Positions 61,500 through 64,000 of a stretch of DNA of 64,000 nt are shown piece after piece. A model generated the notes under the pieces. That model ran no database searches. It worked only from the letters and a program-made list of their open reading frames with translations, and was not told where the DNA came from. Made by a program: the position numbers and the translations under genes. This stretch comes from Callorhinchus milii (Eukaryota), in NCBI RefSeq assembly GCF_018977255.1, contig NW_024704743.1, positions 109,308,001 to 109,372,000 of the forward strand, written 5' to 3'. Numbering within the stretch: position 1 is the stretch's first letter; each line of letters begins with the position of its first letter.

Positions 61500-62770
61500 G
61501 AACAACAACAACAAAATTACATTTGTAAAGCGCCATTCACGTTGGGAGGACGTCCCACGGCACTGGACAGAGTTACAGACCCGAACTGAGGGTTGGGGTG
61601 GTGGAGGGCGGGAGGAAAGCAGGAAGATCGAAAGCACGGTCGAAGAGGAGGGTCTTGAAGGTGGCAAGGGACAGGGCAAGGCAGAGGGGCTGCAGGATGG
61701 AGTTTCATAGGGTGGGGGCAGAGTGGCGGAAGGCCCGCCACTAGTAAGGCAGGGGACGTAAACCAGGCCAAAACTCACTGAACGGAGGGAGCGAACAGGA
61801 TTGGTACTGCCTACCACCACCTCTGCAATATTGCCAGACTCCCCCACTGCTTCACCCATCAGGATGCTGAAACCCTACCCATACATTCGTCACCTCAAGG
61901 CTTAGTTACGGGAACTCCCTCCTCATCGGCCTTCCCAACTCTTTCCTTCACAAGCTGCAGATCATCCAAAACACTGCAGCTCATGTACTCTCACGCACCA
62001 GGCTCCATGACCCCATCACTCCCACCCTTCCCCATCCCCCAGAGGATTGAGTTCAAGATCCTCGTCCTCACCTTTAAGGCCATCCATGGCCTTGCCCCCT
62101 CCTACCCTCTGACCTGCTGACTCCCTACGAGCCTGTCTGCTCCCTCCGTTCATCGGGCTCCACCCTGCTCCATGTCTCCCGCCAGACCCGCCCAACATCA
62201 GTGGCTGGGTTTTCAACTTCTCTGCCGCCACACTCTGGAACGCAATCCCAGGGTCCCTTCGCATCGCTTCCTCCCTTGCCTCCTTCAAGGTTAGTCTCAA
62301 GAACTTTCTCTTCGACCGTGCCTTTGGTCTCCCTCCCACCTCTCTGCCTTCCCTCACCCCTACACCACCCCCCCTCCCGCAAGCTCGGGCCCCAACACCT
62401 GACTATTCAGCGCTTTGGGACGTCCTCCCGACGTGAAAGGCGCTCTATAAATGTAATTTTGTTGTTGTTGTAGGAAGTTAGGAGCTTGCAGATGTAGGGG
62501 GGAGCAAGACCGTGGAGGGCTTTAAAAGTGAAGACCAGGATCTTGAACTGTATCCTCTGTGTGATGGGAAGCCAGTGGAGTTGGGCAAGGATGGGGGTGG
62601 TAGGGTCGCGGAGCCCAGTGTGGGAGAGGACACGGGCTGCAGAGTTCTGGATGATTTGCAGCCTGTGGAGGGAGGAGTTGGGGAGGCTGACAAGCAATGA
62701 GTTTGCATAGTTGAGCCTCGATGTAATGAAAGCATGTATGACGGTTTTGGCGGCCTGCGGTGTGAGGAAG
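61500..62770. mobile_element. Nested L2s: minus copy (62471-62770 continuing at 61500-61806) split by a plus copy (61807-62470)
   Basis: Minus reading ...LLTSY | (Y)Q/NPVRSLRS rejoins across the insert. Confidence 0.85.
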
Positions 62771-62779
62771 AGTGGTTAT

Positions 62780-63262
62780 TGAGTGTGTCAGCTTAGTTCA
62801 GTTGCTAGCACTCTTGGTTCCGGGTCCAAGATTGTGGGTTCAAGCTCCATGCTGAGACTTTCAACTCACAGTCTGACACTCCAAAATAGTGTTGGTGGAG
62901 CCTCCACTGCATTGTTATGGGTGATGTCCTGCAACAGAATGAGATGTTAAACCAAGATCCTGTCTTCCCATTCAGTGGATGTTAAGTGCTCCATGATGCG
63001 ATCGCGTGAAGGTGCTATATAAATACAAATCCATGGCATTATTCAAAAAGAGAAGGGAGTTAAAATAATTCTTCCAGTGTCCTGGCAGACAATATACCCA
63101 GCTAGAATTGATTGTTTATTTCATACACGTTTATGGGATATTGCTGTGTGCAAATTGGCTGCCACGTTCACTTACAAAATTCACAGTCACTAACCTCAAC
63201 AGTAAAATATGTGAAGGACTTTGAGATGTTTCAATTATGTGATAGGACGCTATACCAAGTAC
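62780..63262 (+). mobile_element. Old long Deu-type SINE (SacSINE/AmnSINE-like body)
   Basis: tRNA-like head with gggttcaagctcc; atgagatgttaaaccaag...ccatggcattattc...gggatattgctgtgtgcaaattggctgcc. Confidence 0.75.
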
Positions 63263-63264
63263 AA

Positions 63265-63960
63265 GGAGTCCTGCAGCTTAATAATAATAATAATCCTTGC
63301 ATTTGATATAGCGCTTTTCACGTCGGGAGGACGTCCCAAAGTGCTTCACGGAACACACTGTAAAGTGAATTGACTGTATATTTATGGGCGAACGCGGCAG
63401 CCAATTGCGCACAGCAATGTCCCACAAACAGTCGTAGATTGAAAATGACCAATTTAATTATTGTTTTTGGTTTGATTATTATTAGGCTCTGTGTGGAGTA
63501 AGGAAACTTGCCCAAGGTTTCGCCCTCTGCCTGGAATTGAACTCAGGTCTCTCACTTGCAAAGCGAGTGCTCTAACCACTGAGCTACAGGACTCCTTAGT
63601 AGTTAGAGCACTCGTATCACAAGCGAGAAGACCTAGGTTTGATTCCCGGCAAGATGAAATATTGGGCAACAAACAACAACAACGGAATTACATTTATAGA
63701 GTTTCCTTACTCCACGCCTCTGTTTACCTAGCAGTAAGTAGGAACCTGGATCGCTTTTCCAGGGGTAATAATTCCTGCAAAAAAATAATAATGTGGTCAC
63801 TCATTCCACGACTGTGGGAAACTGCTGTGCGTAATTGGCTGCCACATTTTGTCCACAAAATATAGAGTCGCTTCACTTTACAGTATATTCTGTGAAGCGC
63901 TTTGAGACGCCTCAAAGGCATGCTAAGGTGCTATATCAAATGCAAGGATTATTATTATTA
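63265..63960. mobile_element. Plus SINE (63265-63280 + 63596-63960) with a full minus SINE (63281-63595) inserted in its head
   Basis: ggagtcctgcagctta | insert | ttagtagttagagcactcg. Confidence 0.88.
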
Positions 63961-64000
63961 TAATTATATGGACCAAATACTTGAGCTCTTTTTCTCCTAT

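Overview
Vertebrate nuclear DNA, not prokaryotic. It is probably from a cartilaginous fish, possibly a chimaera; this is inferred from the Deu-type tRNA-SINE, L2, CR1 and Penelope-derived repeat content and from protein divergence. I reconstructed two complete minus-strand genes by hand, with all introns GT-AG and in phase. MYBL1 (A-Myb) has 16 coding exons at 3143-31429 (2247 nt, 748 aa). VCPIP1 (OTU deubiquitinase VCIP135) has 3 coding exons at 38507-59442 (3591 nt, 1196 aa). The tandem MYBL1-VCPIP1 order matches the known vertebrate synteny. Each gene has a CpG-island promoter with a ZNF143-type motif. The VCPIP1 island looks bidirectional: its distal half carries a compact CRE-MYB-RFX-CRE module followed by a plus-strand splice donor, a candidate A-MYB-driven germline transcript next to MYBL1 itself. 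Introns are filled with a matched SINE/L2 pair that shares a 3' stem-loop. Other repeat observations: nested insertions, a 5'-inverted CR1, an L2 end duplicated together with unique flank, and a decayed Penelope-type hammerhead motif. Most short ORFs in the track are repeat-derived or spurious. No CRISPR, rRNA or true tRNA genes were found. Repeat boundaries are approximate (tens of bp); exon coordinates were counted from the sequence.
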